NCBI GenBank assembly: GCA_963668675.2
Contig: CAXXMB010000001.1
Location: forward strand, 160,001 to 224,000
From: an uncultured Desulfatitalea sp.
Lineage (GTDB): Bacteria > Desulfobacterota > Desulfobacteria > Desulfobacterales > Desulfosarcinaceae
Direction of reading: 5' to 3'
DNA: 64,000 nt
The translations under genes and the position numbers were made by a program. This document shows positions 30,283 through 39,547 of this stretch, one piece after another. Below the pieces are notes generated by a model that was given only the letters and a program-made list of their open reading frames with translations, searched no databases and was not told the DNA's origin. How positions within the stretch are numbered: the stretch's first letter is position 1; each line of letters begins with the position of its first letter.

Positions 30283-31629
30283 ATGCGAAGTTTAAAAGCG
30301 CTGGGTGCCGCACTTCTTCTTCCGGTTATCTGTTTCACCATTTTCGTCCCACCCACCCAAGCCGATACGATTTTTCAACAGGTGGGCATCGCCTCGCCGC
30401 CTGTGCCGGTCGGCTCCGGTGCCCGTGCCATGGGAATGGGCGGCGCGTTCATCGCCGTTGCCGATGACGCAACCGCAGCCTCCTGGAATCCGGGCGGCCT
30501 CATTCAACTGGAGCGACCGGAGCTATCCATCGTGGGGGCTTACGGTGTGCGTCAAAGCGACTATACTTCCGAGAGCAGGGGCATCGAGACCTCCTCCAGC
30601 GACCGGGAAGCATTCCTCAACTATTTCAGCGCCGCCTTGCCGTTCCATTGGCACAAGAACATGGTGGTCTCCCTCAACTACCAGCGCTTATTTGAATTCG
30701 GGCGCAGCCTAAACTATGACCTCAGCCTGGCTTCTCCGGGCGTGGCCCTGGACCAGCACGTCGATTACGATCAGAGCGGCTCTATCGGGGCTTTGGGCGT
30801 CGCAGGGGCATTGGAGCTGACACCGCGCCTCTCGATCGGCGTCACCGTGAACCTGTGGACCGATGAGTTGGGCTGGGATAACGGTTGGAGTGAAACCTAC
30901 CACGTCAACAGCAGCGGCACCCAGGCCGGTGTGCCGGTGGAGATAGACACGCGCATCGACGAGGAGTACGATAAGTTTCGCGGCGTCAATTTCAATGTGG
31001 GGGTGCTATGGGAGACGCCTTCATGGGGAAAGCTGGGCGCTGTGGTCAAAACCCCTTTCAAGGCCAGCATGGTGCACCGCTTCGAGTTCAACGAGACCAT
31101 CACCTATGGGCCGCCGCTTAACAGCACGACCACCAGCGGACCGTTCATCACCGACGAGGAGGTCACCCTCAATATGCCAGTCTCTTATGGATTGGGATGG
31201 TCCCGTCGTTTCAACGACCTCTTAACGGTCAGCGTCGATCTCTATCGCACCGAATGGGGGGACTATAAACTGGTCGACAGCCAGGGCAATGAGTTCAGCC
31301 CCATTGACGGACGTTTGAAAAACCAGTCCGATGTGGATGCCACCACCCACGCCCGCATCGGTGCCGAGTATCTGATCCTGCTGCCGAATAAGGATATGGC
31401 CCTGCCGTTGAGGGCCGGCATTTTCTATGACCCCGAGCCCGGAGAAGGGTCCCCTCGTGATTTCTACGGCATTGCAATAGGAGGGGGGATCAGTAAACAG
31501 CGCTACAGTTGTGACCTGGCCTACCAGCTGCGTTGGGCCAAAGATGCTGATGCCGGAACGCTGATCGCAGAGGCCGAGGCCGATGTCTGGCAGCACACGG
31601 TGCTGCTCTCTCTGATCTATTATTTTTAG
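30283..31629 (+). CDS. Outer-membrane beta-barrel, FadL/OmpP1/TodX-like
   Basis: Signal peptide, GSGARAMGMGGAFIAVADDATAASWNPGGL, amphipathic strands, terminal SLIYYF beta-signal. Confidence 0.88.
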   Translation: MRSLKALGAALLLPVICFTIFVPPTQADTIFQQVGIASPPVPVGSGARAMGMGGAFIAVADDATAASWNPGGLIQLERPELSIVGAYGVRQSDYTSESRGIETSSSDREAFLNYFSAALPFHWHKNMVVSLNYQRLFEFGRSLNYDLSLASPGVALDQHVDYDQSGSIGALGVAGALELTPRLSIGVTVNLWTDELGWDNGWSETYHVNSSGTQAGVPVEIDTRIDEEYDKFRGVNFNVGVLWETPSWGKLGAVVKTPFKASMVHRFEFNETITYGPPLNSTTTSGPFITDEEVTLNMPVSYGLGWSRRFNDLLTVSVDLYRTEWGDYKLVDSQGNEFSPIDGRLKNQSDVDATTHARIGAEYLILLPNKDMALPLRAGIFYDPEPGEGSPRDFYGIAIGGGISKQRYSCDLAYQLRWAKDADAGTLIAEAEADVWQHTVLLSLIYYF

Positions 31630-31661
31630 TGGTATTTTTAGGTATTCTCAGGGCGCCTTCC

Positions 31662-31997
31662 CTATCGCTCCCCCCATCCCCCACCGCGTGCCTCAATGTC
31701 AGCCAGGCGAACGGGCGCCATACTGTAGCCGTTATCCGCTGCGCGGCGATACCACATGATGGCTTTCATCAAATCCTTGGCTTGGAAATCGCTACGTTCG
31801 AATTGGTCGGCCATTTTATATTGGACTGCAGCATCACCGTGGCGTGCATTCCAGATCATCACCTCGCGCAGGATTCCACGGCCGATGATGACAGTACTGA
31901 TTAGCACCACTAGAGTTACACTGAAGTAGCGGATCACCAGCTTGGTCCAATTCTCGTCGACAAATTAGATCCAACACCACGCACGTTCGTCTTTCAT
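31662..31997 (-). pseudogene. Small membrane-anchored Sel1-repeat protein, possibly with a nonsense codon near the 5' end
   Basis: TM helix followed by AVQYKMA...AIMWYRRAADNGY (Sel1). In-frame ATG at 31997 is followed by TAA at 31965..31967; alternatively an intact GTG start at 31937. Confidence 0.5.
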
Positions 31998-32191
31998 GAA
32001 TATCTCGGGATGCAGGTATGCAACCCATAACCAATTGAACTCAAGCCATCGCCGGAACCGGGCGCTATCGAGTTTCTATTGATGGACAACAATGAGTGTG
32101 ATTTTTGTCTGCAAGATATCGAGAAAGCGTGCGTCAATACCACTAAAAGCGAGATCATCAGTGAAACAGAAACAACCGAAGAGGCATCACC

Positions 32192-32398
32192 ATGCAGGCA
32201 GTCGATTACCGATACATTGTTGAAGAGCTGAAACGGTCGCTGGTTTGCCCGGAGGAAACGGACAAACCCTGTGTCGAGCACGTGAGGGAAAATGTGAGGA
32301 GTCGATTGGTCTTCTTGCTCGATGTCGACCCCGAATCATCACTGGAAACGGTGATCGATCGTCTGGCGGAGAAGTGGCGTCAAGATGGGTTGATCTAA
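32192..32398 (+). CDS. Small hypothetical protein
   Basis: 68-aa ORF with GAGG RBS, co-oriented 38 bp upstream of the MORN gene. Confidence 0.5.
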   Translation: MQAVDYRYIVEELKRSLVCPEETDKPCVEHVRENVRSRLVFLLDVDPESSLETVIDRLAEKWRQDGLI

Positions 32399-32436
32399 CG
32401 TTCAAAGCAATGATGCACAACAACAGGAGGCGTAAA

Positions 32437-33261
32437 ATGCAACACATAAGTCTGATTCTTCTTTTTTCTCTGGTTTGCGGTGTTTGCTGGATGAGCAGTG
32501 ATTCATTTGCCGCTAAGGCCACGCCGGCAGGCGCACGTGAAGTCTCCACCGCCACCGAGCACTACTGGGTTGTCGATGTCGACGGCGTTGAAAAGAAACA
32601 CGGCCCCTACAGTCGCATGCATACCGATGGCAGCAAACTGGTTTCAGGGAACTATCTCGACGGAGAAAAAGACGGACAATGGGTATACCGCTCCAAGGCC
32701 GGTGAAATTATCAAAGAGGAGAATTGGGCCAAGGGTAAAAGGGATGGACGTTGGGCTGAGTGGTATGCCAACGGCAAAAAGGCTTTTGAAGGCGAATTTA
32801 AGCAAGACCTCCCGGTCGGCGTGCATCGCGAATGGCACATGGACGGAGAACGCAAAGCCGAGATCGAGCACCGCACCAGCGGGAGCGATGTCATGGCAGT
32901 GAAGAAAACCTGGCACCCGGACGGTAAAAAGTACACCCAGTATGAGATGCGCAACGGCAAAATGCACGGAGCGTATACCAGCTGGCATCCCAACGGACAG
33001 ATTCGGGAACAGAGCCATTATGACGGCGGGCAGCGGCATGGCAAATACCAGGAGTGGTACAAGAATGGACAGCCCAAGGCCGAGTTTGCCTATGACCATG
33101 GTCGTAAGAAGGGTAAAGCCATCGAGTGGTTCGACAATGGGGAGAAGAAAAGCGAGGGGGCCTTCGCCGACGGCAAGGACGGCACCTGGACGACCTGGGA
33201 CAAAACCGGCCTCGTTGTCAGCCAGAGGCGGTACAAATCCGGCAAGCCGGTTAAAGAGTAA
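32437..33261 (+). CDS. Secreted MORN-variant repeat protein (YwqK antitoxin-like)
   Basis: AGGAGG RBS, signal peptide, repeats of G.W.EWY.NG.K..EG.F..G. Confidence 0.85.
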   Translation: MQHISLILLFSLVCGVCWMSSDSFAAKATPAGAREVSTATEHYWVVDVDGVEKKHGPYSRMHTDGSKLVSGNYLDGEKDGQWVYRSKAGEIIKEENWAKGKRDGRWAEWYANGKKAFEGEFKQDLPVGVHREWHMDGERKAEIEHRTSGSDVMAVKKTWHPDGKKYTQYEMRNGKMHGAYTSWHPNGQIREQSHYDGGQRHGKYQEWYKNGQPKAEFAYDHGRKKGKAIEWFDNGEKKSEGAFADGKDGTWTTWDKTGLVVSQRRYKSGKPVKE

Positions 33262-33290
33262 ATTTTAGAAGCAATGGGAGCGGGTAGACC

Positions 33291-36149
33291 ATGACCATCC
33301 AAGAGATTTTCACTGAACATAGTAGAGATTCGTCGGCACCAACGGACGACCCTGTTCGGGATCTGGGTAGCGCTCCTGAACCTTCGGACGAAGGAGCGTC
33401 CCGAGCGCTCCAGGCAGACGAAGAAAATGCGTCGGAAAATACGGATAGGCCGGAAGTGCACCACCTTCCCTTGGCGGAGGATGATTCGCCGGAAGTGGAA
33501 GCCCTTCCCACGAGGGAGGCCGCATCTTCGGACGAGCAGCCCGCTCCCCCCACATCACACACCGGCCCCGATGGCGGAGGGCCGATGTCGGTGTCAGAAG
33601 CAGCTGAGAACGCCCAGCCGGTGCAGGGTGCCGCGTCAGAGGGTGCTTCATCGTCACAGCCCGATCAAGGCAGATTGGGGTCAATAGACGATGCCATCGA
33701 AAATGCCCAGCCGGTTCAGAGTGCAGATGAAACGTCCGCCGATGGTGACGCTCAGGATGTGGAAGTAAGCCGCCCCGAAGTCACTTTTCCGGACGAAGAC
33801 ACTTCTGATGTGGAGGTCAGCCGACCGGAAGTCACCTTCCCGGACAGGGCATCGAGTAGCTCATCCTCGGCGGTACAGTCAAACCTGATAGAAAGAGAAC
33901 CAGCGGTACAGTCAAACTTGATCGATAGAGACCTTTCGGAGAGTACCGAACCGGGTAGGGAAGGTCGGGGGTTCCCTCCCATGCCGCAAGCTCCAGGCGT
34001 CTTTCCGCCGTCCTTTCAAAGCACTATCGGTTCTTCAGCCACGCAGGGCGTTACCGGACGGACGCCGGGTCTGTTGCGGGGGGCACCCGACGAGATCTTG
34101 CCGGCGGATGGCGAGCGTTTTGCTTTTGCAGTTGCCGGTATTCAGTTTCTGGTCGTCGACTTCACCGCCCGCAGCGGCCTCTCAACACCGTTTCGGGTCG
34201 ATTTGTCCCTTGCTCTGGAGGAGTTGTATCCGTTGGACGAGGTCTTGGGCGCCGGGGGCACCCTTATGCTGGAGATGGGTGAAGGCGAGCAATACATCAA
34301 CGGCATCGTGAACCGATTTGTCCAGACCGGCGTCAAGGGCAATTACAGACTCTTTCAGGCCCAACTGGTGCCGCAGATGCGGCTGCTGGGCCTGGCGCAG
34401 GATTGCCGGATATTTCAGGAGATGACGGTTCCGGAGATCATCCGCGCCGTGCTCGAGGGGGCCGGAGTACCGTCAGACGGCTTTGAGTTCCGCACCCGCA
34501 ACAACTTCATGAGAAGACCTTACTGTGTCCAGTATCGTGAGAGTCATCTCGATTTTGTGTCCCGCCTGGCGGAAGAGGAGGGACTTTACTACTTCTTTGA
34601 ACACGAACACCGAAATCACAAACTGGTCTTTGGCGAGGGAACCCTGGCCTATCAGAGGCTGGAGGGCAACCATACCTTGCTATACCAACCTGCCGAAGGA
34701 CTTGCACCTGAGGATGAGGTCGTTCTCGAATTGGAGCTGGCCCAACAGCTGCAGCCGACCAAGGTGACATTGCGCGATTTCGATTTCAAACGTCCCTCCC
34801 TGGAGATGACTGCCGAAAGGGATGAAAACCGAAGGGAAGAGAACGAGCGACAGCAGCGCACCTTCGAGTGGTTTGACTATCCGGGGCGTTACATTGAACC
34901 CGATTTGGGAAATCGCTACGCCGCCATACGACTCCAGGAGCGGCTGAAAGATCGCGTGGTGGCTCACGGCAAAAGCACTTGCAGCCGTTTTCTGCCCGGT
35001 TATATTTTCGAATTGGACTGCCACGACTGCGAAGGTGCCAACCAGGAGTATGTGTTGGTAGAGGTGGTGCACGAAGGTCGCCAACCCCAGGTCCTGGGCG
35101 AACAGGCCGGCGCCGACAGCGCATTCAGCTACGCCAACCGGTTCACGGCCATTCCGGCCGAGGTTGCCTATGCGCCGGCGCGCAAGACACCCAAGCCGAT
35201 GATCAACGGCGTGCAGACCGCCATGGTGACCGGTCCACGCCGGGAAGTGATCTACACAGACGAATACGGGCGCGTGAAGGTACGCTTCCATTGGGATCGC
35301 AGTGACTCGCACGGGGAGGACGCCTCCTGCTGGATCAGGGTGGGCCAGGTGTGGGCCGGGCCCGACTGGGGCGCCATGTTCATACCCCGGGTGGGCCAGG
35401 AGGTGATGGTCGAGTTCGAAGAGGGCAACCCCGACCGGCCTATCATCGTCGGACGGGTTTACGACGGCGCCAACATGCCGCCCTACAGCCTGCCCGAGGA
35501 GAAGACCAAAAGTACGATCAAGTCCGATTCAGTGGGCGGCAGCGGGTTTAACGAAATCCGCTTCGAGGACCAAGGCGGCAGTGAAGAGATCTTCATCCAT
35601 GCCCAGAAGGATTTCAATCAGGCCGTGGAAAACGACATGGAGACCCGGGTGCTGCACGATCAGCGCCTCAACGTGGAGAACGACCGCGCCAAAACCGTCC
35701 AAAACAACGAGACGATCATGATCCAGAACAACCGGAACGATACGGTCGAAAACGACGAGACGGTAAGCATCGGCGGCAATCGGACCACCGAAGTGGGACG
35801 CAACGAGCAGCAAACCTTCAATGGAGAGCGCCGGGTAACCGTCGGTATGGAAGACAACCTGGACGTGTCGGCCAACCGTTCGGTGCGCATCACCGGCAAT
35901 CATCTGCTCAATGCCGGTGGTGGGTGTACCATGGAGACGACCGGACAGATGACACTGGTGGGCAACACCGGCGTCGAGGTGAGCGGCACAACGGTCTCGA
36001 TTACTGCCGCCCAGGAGATCGTGCTTGGCGTTGGTGCAAATCAGATCAGGTTGACTGCGGGCGGGATAGAGATCAGCGGTATCACCCTCAAAACTGAAGC
36101 GAGTTCGGCAAACGAGATCAAGGGAATGCCCGTGATGATCAATTGCTGA
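33291..36149 (+). CDS. vgrG: T6SS spike protein VgrG with ~265-aa acidic N-terminal extension
   Basis: CRIFQ, YCVQYRESHLDFVSRLAEEEGLYYFFEH, GVQTAMVTGP, DEYGRVKVRFHWDR, SCWIRV, PRVGQEVMVEF, NEIRFED, HAQKD. Confidence 0.95.
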   Translation: MTIQEIFTEHSRDSSAPTDDPVRDLGSAPEPSDEGASRALQADEENASENTDRPEVHHLPLAEDDSPEVEALPTREAASSDEQPAPPTSHTGPDGGGPMSVSEAAENAQPVQGAASEGASSSQPDQGRLGSIDDAIENAQPVQSADETSADGDAQDVEVSRPEVTFPDEDTSDVEVSRPEVTFPDRASSSSSSAVQSNLIEREPAVQSNLIDRDLSESTEPGREGRGFPPMPQAPGVFPPSFQSTIGSSATQGVTGRTPGLLRGAPDEILPADGERFAFAVAGIQFLVVDFTARSGLSTPFRVDLSLALEELYPLDEVLGAGGTLMLEMGEGEQYINGIVNRFVQTGVKGNYRLFQAQLVPQMRLLGLAQDCRIFQEMTVPEIIRAVLEGAGVPSDGFEFRTRNNFMRRPYCVQYRESHLDFVSRLAEEEGLYYFFEHEHRNHKLVFGEGTLAYQRLEGNHTLLYQPAEGLAPEDEVVLELELAQQLQPTKVTLRDFDFKRPSLEMTAERDENRREENERQQRTFEWFDYPGRYIEPDLGNRYAAIRLQERLKDRVVAHGKSTCSRFLPGYIFELDCHDCEGANQEYVLVEVVHEGRQPQVLGEQAGADSAFSYANRFTAIPAEVAYAPARKTPKPMINGVQTAMVTGPRREVIYTDEYGRVKVRFHWDRSDSHGEDASCWIRVGQVWAGPDWGAMFIPRVGQEVMVEFEEGNPDRPIIVGRVYDGANMPPYSLPEEKTKSTIKSDSVGGSGFNEIRFEDQGGSEEIFIHAQKDFNQAVENDMETRVLHDQRLNVENDRAKTVQNNETIMIQNNRNDTVENDETVSIGGNRTTEVGRNEQQTFNGERRVTVGMEDNLDVSANRSVRITGNHLLNAGGGCTMETTGQMTLVGNTGVEVSGTTVSITAAQEIVLGVGANQIRLTAGGIEISGITLKTEASSANEIKGMPVMINC
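33756..33932 (+). repeat. Coding tandem repeats in the VgrG N-terminal extension
   Basis: DVEVSRPEVTFPD x2 (33756 and 33807; 51-bp period) and AVQSNLI[E/D]R x2 (33870 and 33903; 33-bp period). Confidence 0.9.
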
Positions 36150-36184
36150 AAGGGTGTTGAAAGGTTGCTGAAAGGAGTTGCGCC

Positions 36185-36616
36185 ATGACAATGCCGGCTG
36201 CCCGAATTAGCGATATGCACACTTGCCCGATGGTGGACCCCGGCCCCAAACCCCATGTCGGCGGACCGATTGTCGGGCCGGGGGTCGAAAAGGTCATCAT
36301 CGGAAATTTGCCGGCTGCCGTGGTAGGAGATGAAGCCGCATGCGCCGGCGCACCCGACAAGATCGTCACAGGCTCGATCACGGTGCTGATCGGAAACAAA
36401 CCGGCGGCCCGCATGGGAGACATGACGGCCCACGGCGGTGTTATCGTTAAGGGGTTACCGACGGTTCTTATCGGTGACGGCGTCGGATCTGCACCGGGAC
36501 AGCTCGAAGTGCTGGAGGCCGCGGCCCAGAGCGGCAGTGCCTTCTGCCCCGAGTGTGAAGCCGCCAGGCGGAATAGTGGTGGGTCGGAGAACCCGGTGGA
36601 TGGGATAGGGCAATGA
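36185..36616 (+). CDS. PAAR-domain protein with short C-terminal CxxC extension
   Basis: PAARISDMHTCP, PAAVVGD, PAARMGDMTAHGG; tail AFCPECE. Confidence 0.93.
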   Translation: MTMPAARISDMHTCPMVDPGPKPHVGGPIVGPGVEKVIIGNLPAAVVGDEAACAGAPDKIVTGSITVLIGNKPAARMGDMTAHGGVIVKGLPTVLIGDGVGSAPGQLEVLEAAAQSGSAFCPECEAARRNSGGSENPVDGIGQ

Positions 36617-37593
36617 CGCGTTTCAATATCAATAGCTGGCCCGGGGAAACGGTCAAAATTTCCCAAAATGCCGATCTGTGGGAGGTTTTGGAAGCGTATG
36701 CCACCCAGGATAACGCCACCCTGTACGCATTGGTCGATGCCGCCCGCAGCGATCAGGTGCTGCCGAGGCTGGCATCCGGGCAAAGCGACTATCAAAGTCT
36801 CTTCGTCGGCACTGAGAAGGAACCGCTCTTCAGTGCCGGTCCGTTCTTGATCTCTCCGGGCGGGGATCGAGCGCTTCTCAAATGGCTCACCACGGAAGCG
36901 TGGGGTGAATCGATGGTGCTGTTTGTCACCAGCCAGGCGCCCTGCGACCAGTTGCTGCATCACTTGCAGTCCCTGATCAAAGCCATCACCGAGGAGAATG
37001 ACGAACGCTTCTTTCGATATTACGACCCGCGCGTGCTCAGGAATTACCTGCCCAACTGCGACACCGACTCGGGCTGGCGCTTCATGGGACCAGTTGCACG
37101 ATTGATGGTCGAAGCCGAGGAGGGCGGACGACTGCTCTATTGGAAAAGAGAGTCGCTGGGCTGTGTGCCGGCCTGCGACGATTCCATATGGCGGCAGCCG
37201 CTCTATATCGATGCTGATCAGTTGAGGATCTTCAGGCAGGGTGCGTTCGCCGAGTACAAAGCAGGACTGAAAGCGCACCTGAAGGTACGGTTCGCAAAAC
37301 AGATTGAAACACTTCGGCTCGATGACGGCGACCTCTCCCAACTGGTTACGAACGGGATCGACCGGGCCCGGATGTACGGCATACGAACCCGGTTCGATGT
37401 GCGCCGCTTCGTCGAATACATGCTGTTGCTCGATCCCGATTTCGACCTCAACCCCGATTACCAGTGGGCTGGGAAGATCATCTTCACCAACGGCCTTGCC
37501 GGCAGGGAGAAGATGGACCTGCTCGACCGGGCCGTGGTGCTGCAGACGCTTCAGGCGCAACGGAACCGATTCGATGAGGAGATAGGCGCATGA
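36613..37593 (+). CDS. DUF4123 (Tap-1/TEC) T6SS effector adaptor with C-terminal helical extension
   Basis: LYALVDAAR, AGPFL, WG, LLHHLQSL, FFRYYDPRVL; directly after vgrG-PAAR with a 4-bp overlap. Confidence 0.88.
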   Translation: MTRFNINSWPGETVKISQNADLWEVLEAYATQDNATLYALVDAARSDQVLPRLASGQSDYQSLFVGTEKEPLFSAGPFLISPGGDRALLKWLTTEAWGESMVLFVTSQAPCDQLLHHLQSLIKAITEENDERFFRYYDPRVLRNYLPNCDTDSGWRFMGPVARLMVEAEEGGRLLYWKRESLGCVPACDDSIWRQPLYIDADQLRIFRQGAFAEYKAGLKAHLKVRFAKQIETLRLDDGDLSQLVTNGIDRARMYGIRTRFDVRRFVEYMLLLDPDFDLNPDYQWAGKIIFTNGLAGREKMDLLDRAVVLQTLQAQRNRFDEEIGA

Positions 37594-38141
37594 GCCTCAG
37601 ACCGTGCATGCCGCTGGACCCCGAGATCGCCGAGGCCGCAGGGCGCGATCTGGCAGCCCAGTACCGTGATGAGCCGCGACCTAACTTTCTTTTTGACGCC
37701 GACGGTGAGGAGCGCCCCTTCTCGTTGGAGGAGCCGTGCTCCCAGGCGATCTTCGAACACTTCGTGAATCTCTATGCCGAAAACGGCGGAGAGGTTGAAG
37801 CCGTGCCTGCCAGCGATACGGAGACGGGCGAATCTACAGCCACCTGTCCCGAGTCCGACCGCCGGGTGCAGATCGTCGATCCCTGGGAGCGGGGCATCGC
37901 CAACGTAAACTGCACCATACGCCTCGAGGATGGCCATGAAATCAGCGGCGTGAGCGACGGCGAGGGGTACATCGATCTGCCTGAAGATTACAGTGGCGAT
38001 GTGGAGATGATGATCGAAGATCAACCTTTCGACGTGATCGAGGAGATGCCCTTTTGCAGCAGTGTCAACCCGCAGGAGGGCTATACGCTGGACAACGAGG
38101 AAGATGAACACCTGAACGGCCAGATGGTCTTCAGGATTTGA
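37590..38141 (+). CDS. Acidic hypothetical protein with transthyretin-like (TTR) segment; candidate co-adaptor or co-effector
   Basis: 4-bp overlap with DUF4123; VQIVDPWERGIANVNCTIRLEDGHEISGVSDGEGYI resembles TTR modules of T6SS cargo. Confidence 0.65.
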   Translation: MSLRPCMPLDPEIAEAAGRDLAAQYRDEPRPNFLFDADGEERPFSLEEPCSQAIFEHFVNLYAENGGEVEAVPASDTETGESTATCPESDRRVQIVDPWERGIANVNCTIRLEDGHEISGVSDGEGYIDLPEDYSGDVEMMIEDQPFDVIEEMPFCSSVNPQEGYTLDNEEDEHLNGQMVFRI

Positions 38142-38175
38142 CGCTTATGGGTTTGGATAGAATGGGAAGGGCCGA

Positions 38176-39186
38176 ATGACCATACGTCTGCATATTCTGG
38201 ATACACCCTGGAACAATGCCGACCTGATGCAATGGTGGCGGTGGCAGTGCAGCATGAACAGCCATGATCCCAACTGCGTGCACTCCAACCCCATGTTCGT
38301 GCCGCGATACTGCATCACGGAGAAGCAAGCGTTCGGCGCACGCGTGCTGCTTTTCTGGCGGCAAATTTATCGTCGGACGTGGTCTTTGGGCAGCAGCACC
38401 AGGGGGGTCTCCTTTCAGGTGGGGCGTCAAGTATGGTCCTGCGGCCAAACCGATGACCCGGCCTTCAGAAACCCATCGACACGCGAAGCGTTTACGGCAG
38501 CATGCAGCAGCGCAGTTGCAAGGGCCAGGGCGCATTACAACCTGGGGCAATACACACCGACCCTAACAGATGGCGCGGTGCGATTTCACGCTTTTTGCGA
38601 AAACAGCTCCCAACAGGATATGTCGGCTTTTCAAGAGGCTTACACTGCAGGGACGAGTGAACAGGTTTCGCCCGAGGCCGTTGAAATCAACACTGCAGCC
38701 AGAAGGTATAACCCCACGGAAGTCGGCTATGCGCCGGTTGCACGCATCAACGCACTGCTCTCTACCGATGCCACCACCGATTGGGCTGTCACCGCCGACG
38801 AGGAGGATCATGTGATCGCCATCCTCTACAACGTTCTCATGCGCGGCGTCAGCCATTGGACCGTCAGTACGGCCGTACCCGTTCCCATGGCCTCCATCGA
38901 AACCGTGCGTGCAGCCGTGTGCGCCGGAGAAAGCCAGGCCGACAGCCACATCCCCGTCATTAACGTTCGCGAACTCCATCGCATTCTATTCTATTGCAAC
39001 GCCTCGAGGTTGGAAGGCCATATGCAGGATCACTGGACCGCCGAAAACAACAACCAGAAGTACATCAAATTGCTCGAAATTATGGACACCTGCATCCGAC
39101 GCCGATGTGTCAACAGTCACGGTACCCCCTGGCTATCCCTATCGACAGCAATGCTTCAGCGGAATCCTTCGCATTTGCTCTATTGA
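38176..39186 (+). CDS. Hypothetical protein, candidate T6SS effector
   Basis: 336-aa ORF, last co-oriented gene of the vgrG island, Cys/Trp-rich, no recognisable family motif. Confidence 0.65.
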   Translation: MTIRLHILDTPWNNADLMQWWRWQCSMNSHDPNCVHSNPMFVPRYCITEKQAFGARVLLFWRQIYRRTWSLGSSTRGVSFQVGRQVWSCGQTDDPAFRNPSTREAFTAACSSAVARARAHYNLGQYTPTLTDGAVRFHAFCENSSQQDMSAFQEAYTAGTSEQVSPEAVEINTAARRYNPTEVGYAPVARINALLSTDATTDWAVTADEEDHVIAILYNVLMRGVSHWTVSTAVPVPMASIETVRAAVCAGESQADSHIPVINVRELHRILFYCNASRLEGHMQDHWTAENNNQKYIKLLEIMDTCIRRRCVNSHGTPWLSLSTAMLQRNPSHLLY

Positions 39187-39219
39187 CTTACGGGTAAAAA
39201 TGTTGCTCTTATCCATACC

Positions 39220-39507
39220 TTACCTGAATCGCGAAGTTGCCGATTGAATTGCTTCGCTCATTGCCTCCCATGCAAGGTCAATTCCAGACTTAAGATCCTC
39301 CCAAGCGTGTTCACCTGAACGGCTCATTTTTGAAAGCTTTTCTTCAATGTCATTGCGTTTCCGTTTAAGCGCTTCAATCTGTTTTTGGTATTCGATTCTG
39401 GCATTGGCTTCGACTTGATTCGTTTTTGCATTGAGCTTATCGATGTCCCTGTTCCACTCATCGATTTTGGCATGCATTTTCTGGATATACGCTTCCCTTT
39501 TTCCCAT
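39220..39507 (-). CDS. Small coiled-coil protein (Sll1863-like)
   Basis: KREAYIQKMHAKIDEW...AWEDLKSGIDLAW; AGGAAG RBS; operonic with the ABC1 kinase. Confidence 0.8.
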   Translation of the reverse strand: MGKREAYIQKMHAKIDEWNRDIDKLNAKTNQVEANARIEYQKQIEALKRKRNDIEEKLSKMSRSGEHAWEDLKSGIDLAWEAMSEAIQSATSRFR

Positions 39508-39547
39508 AGTGACTTCCTTTCATAAGTGATATTGCCCTTGGAATATA

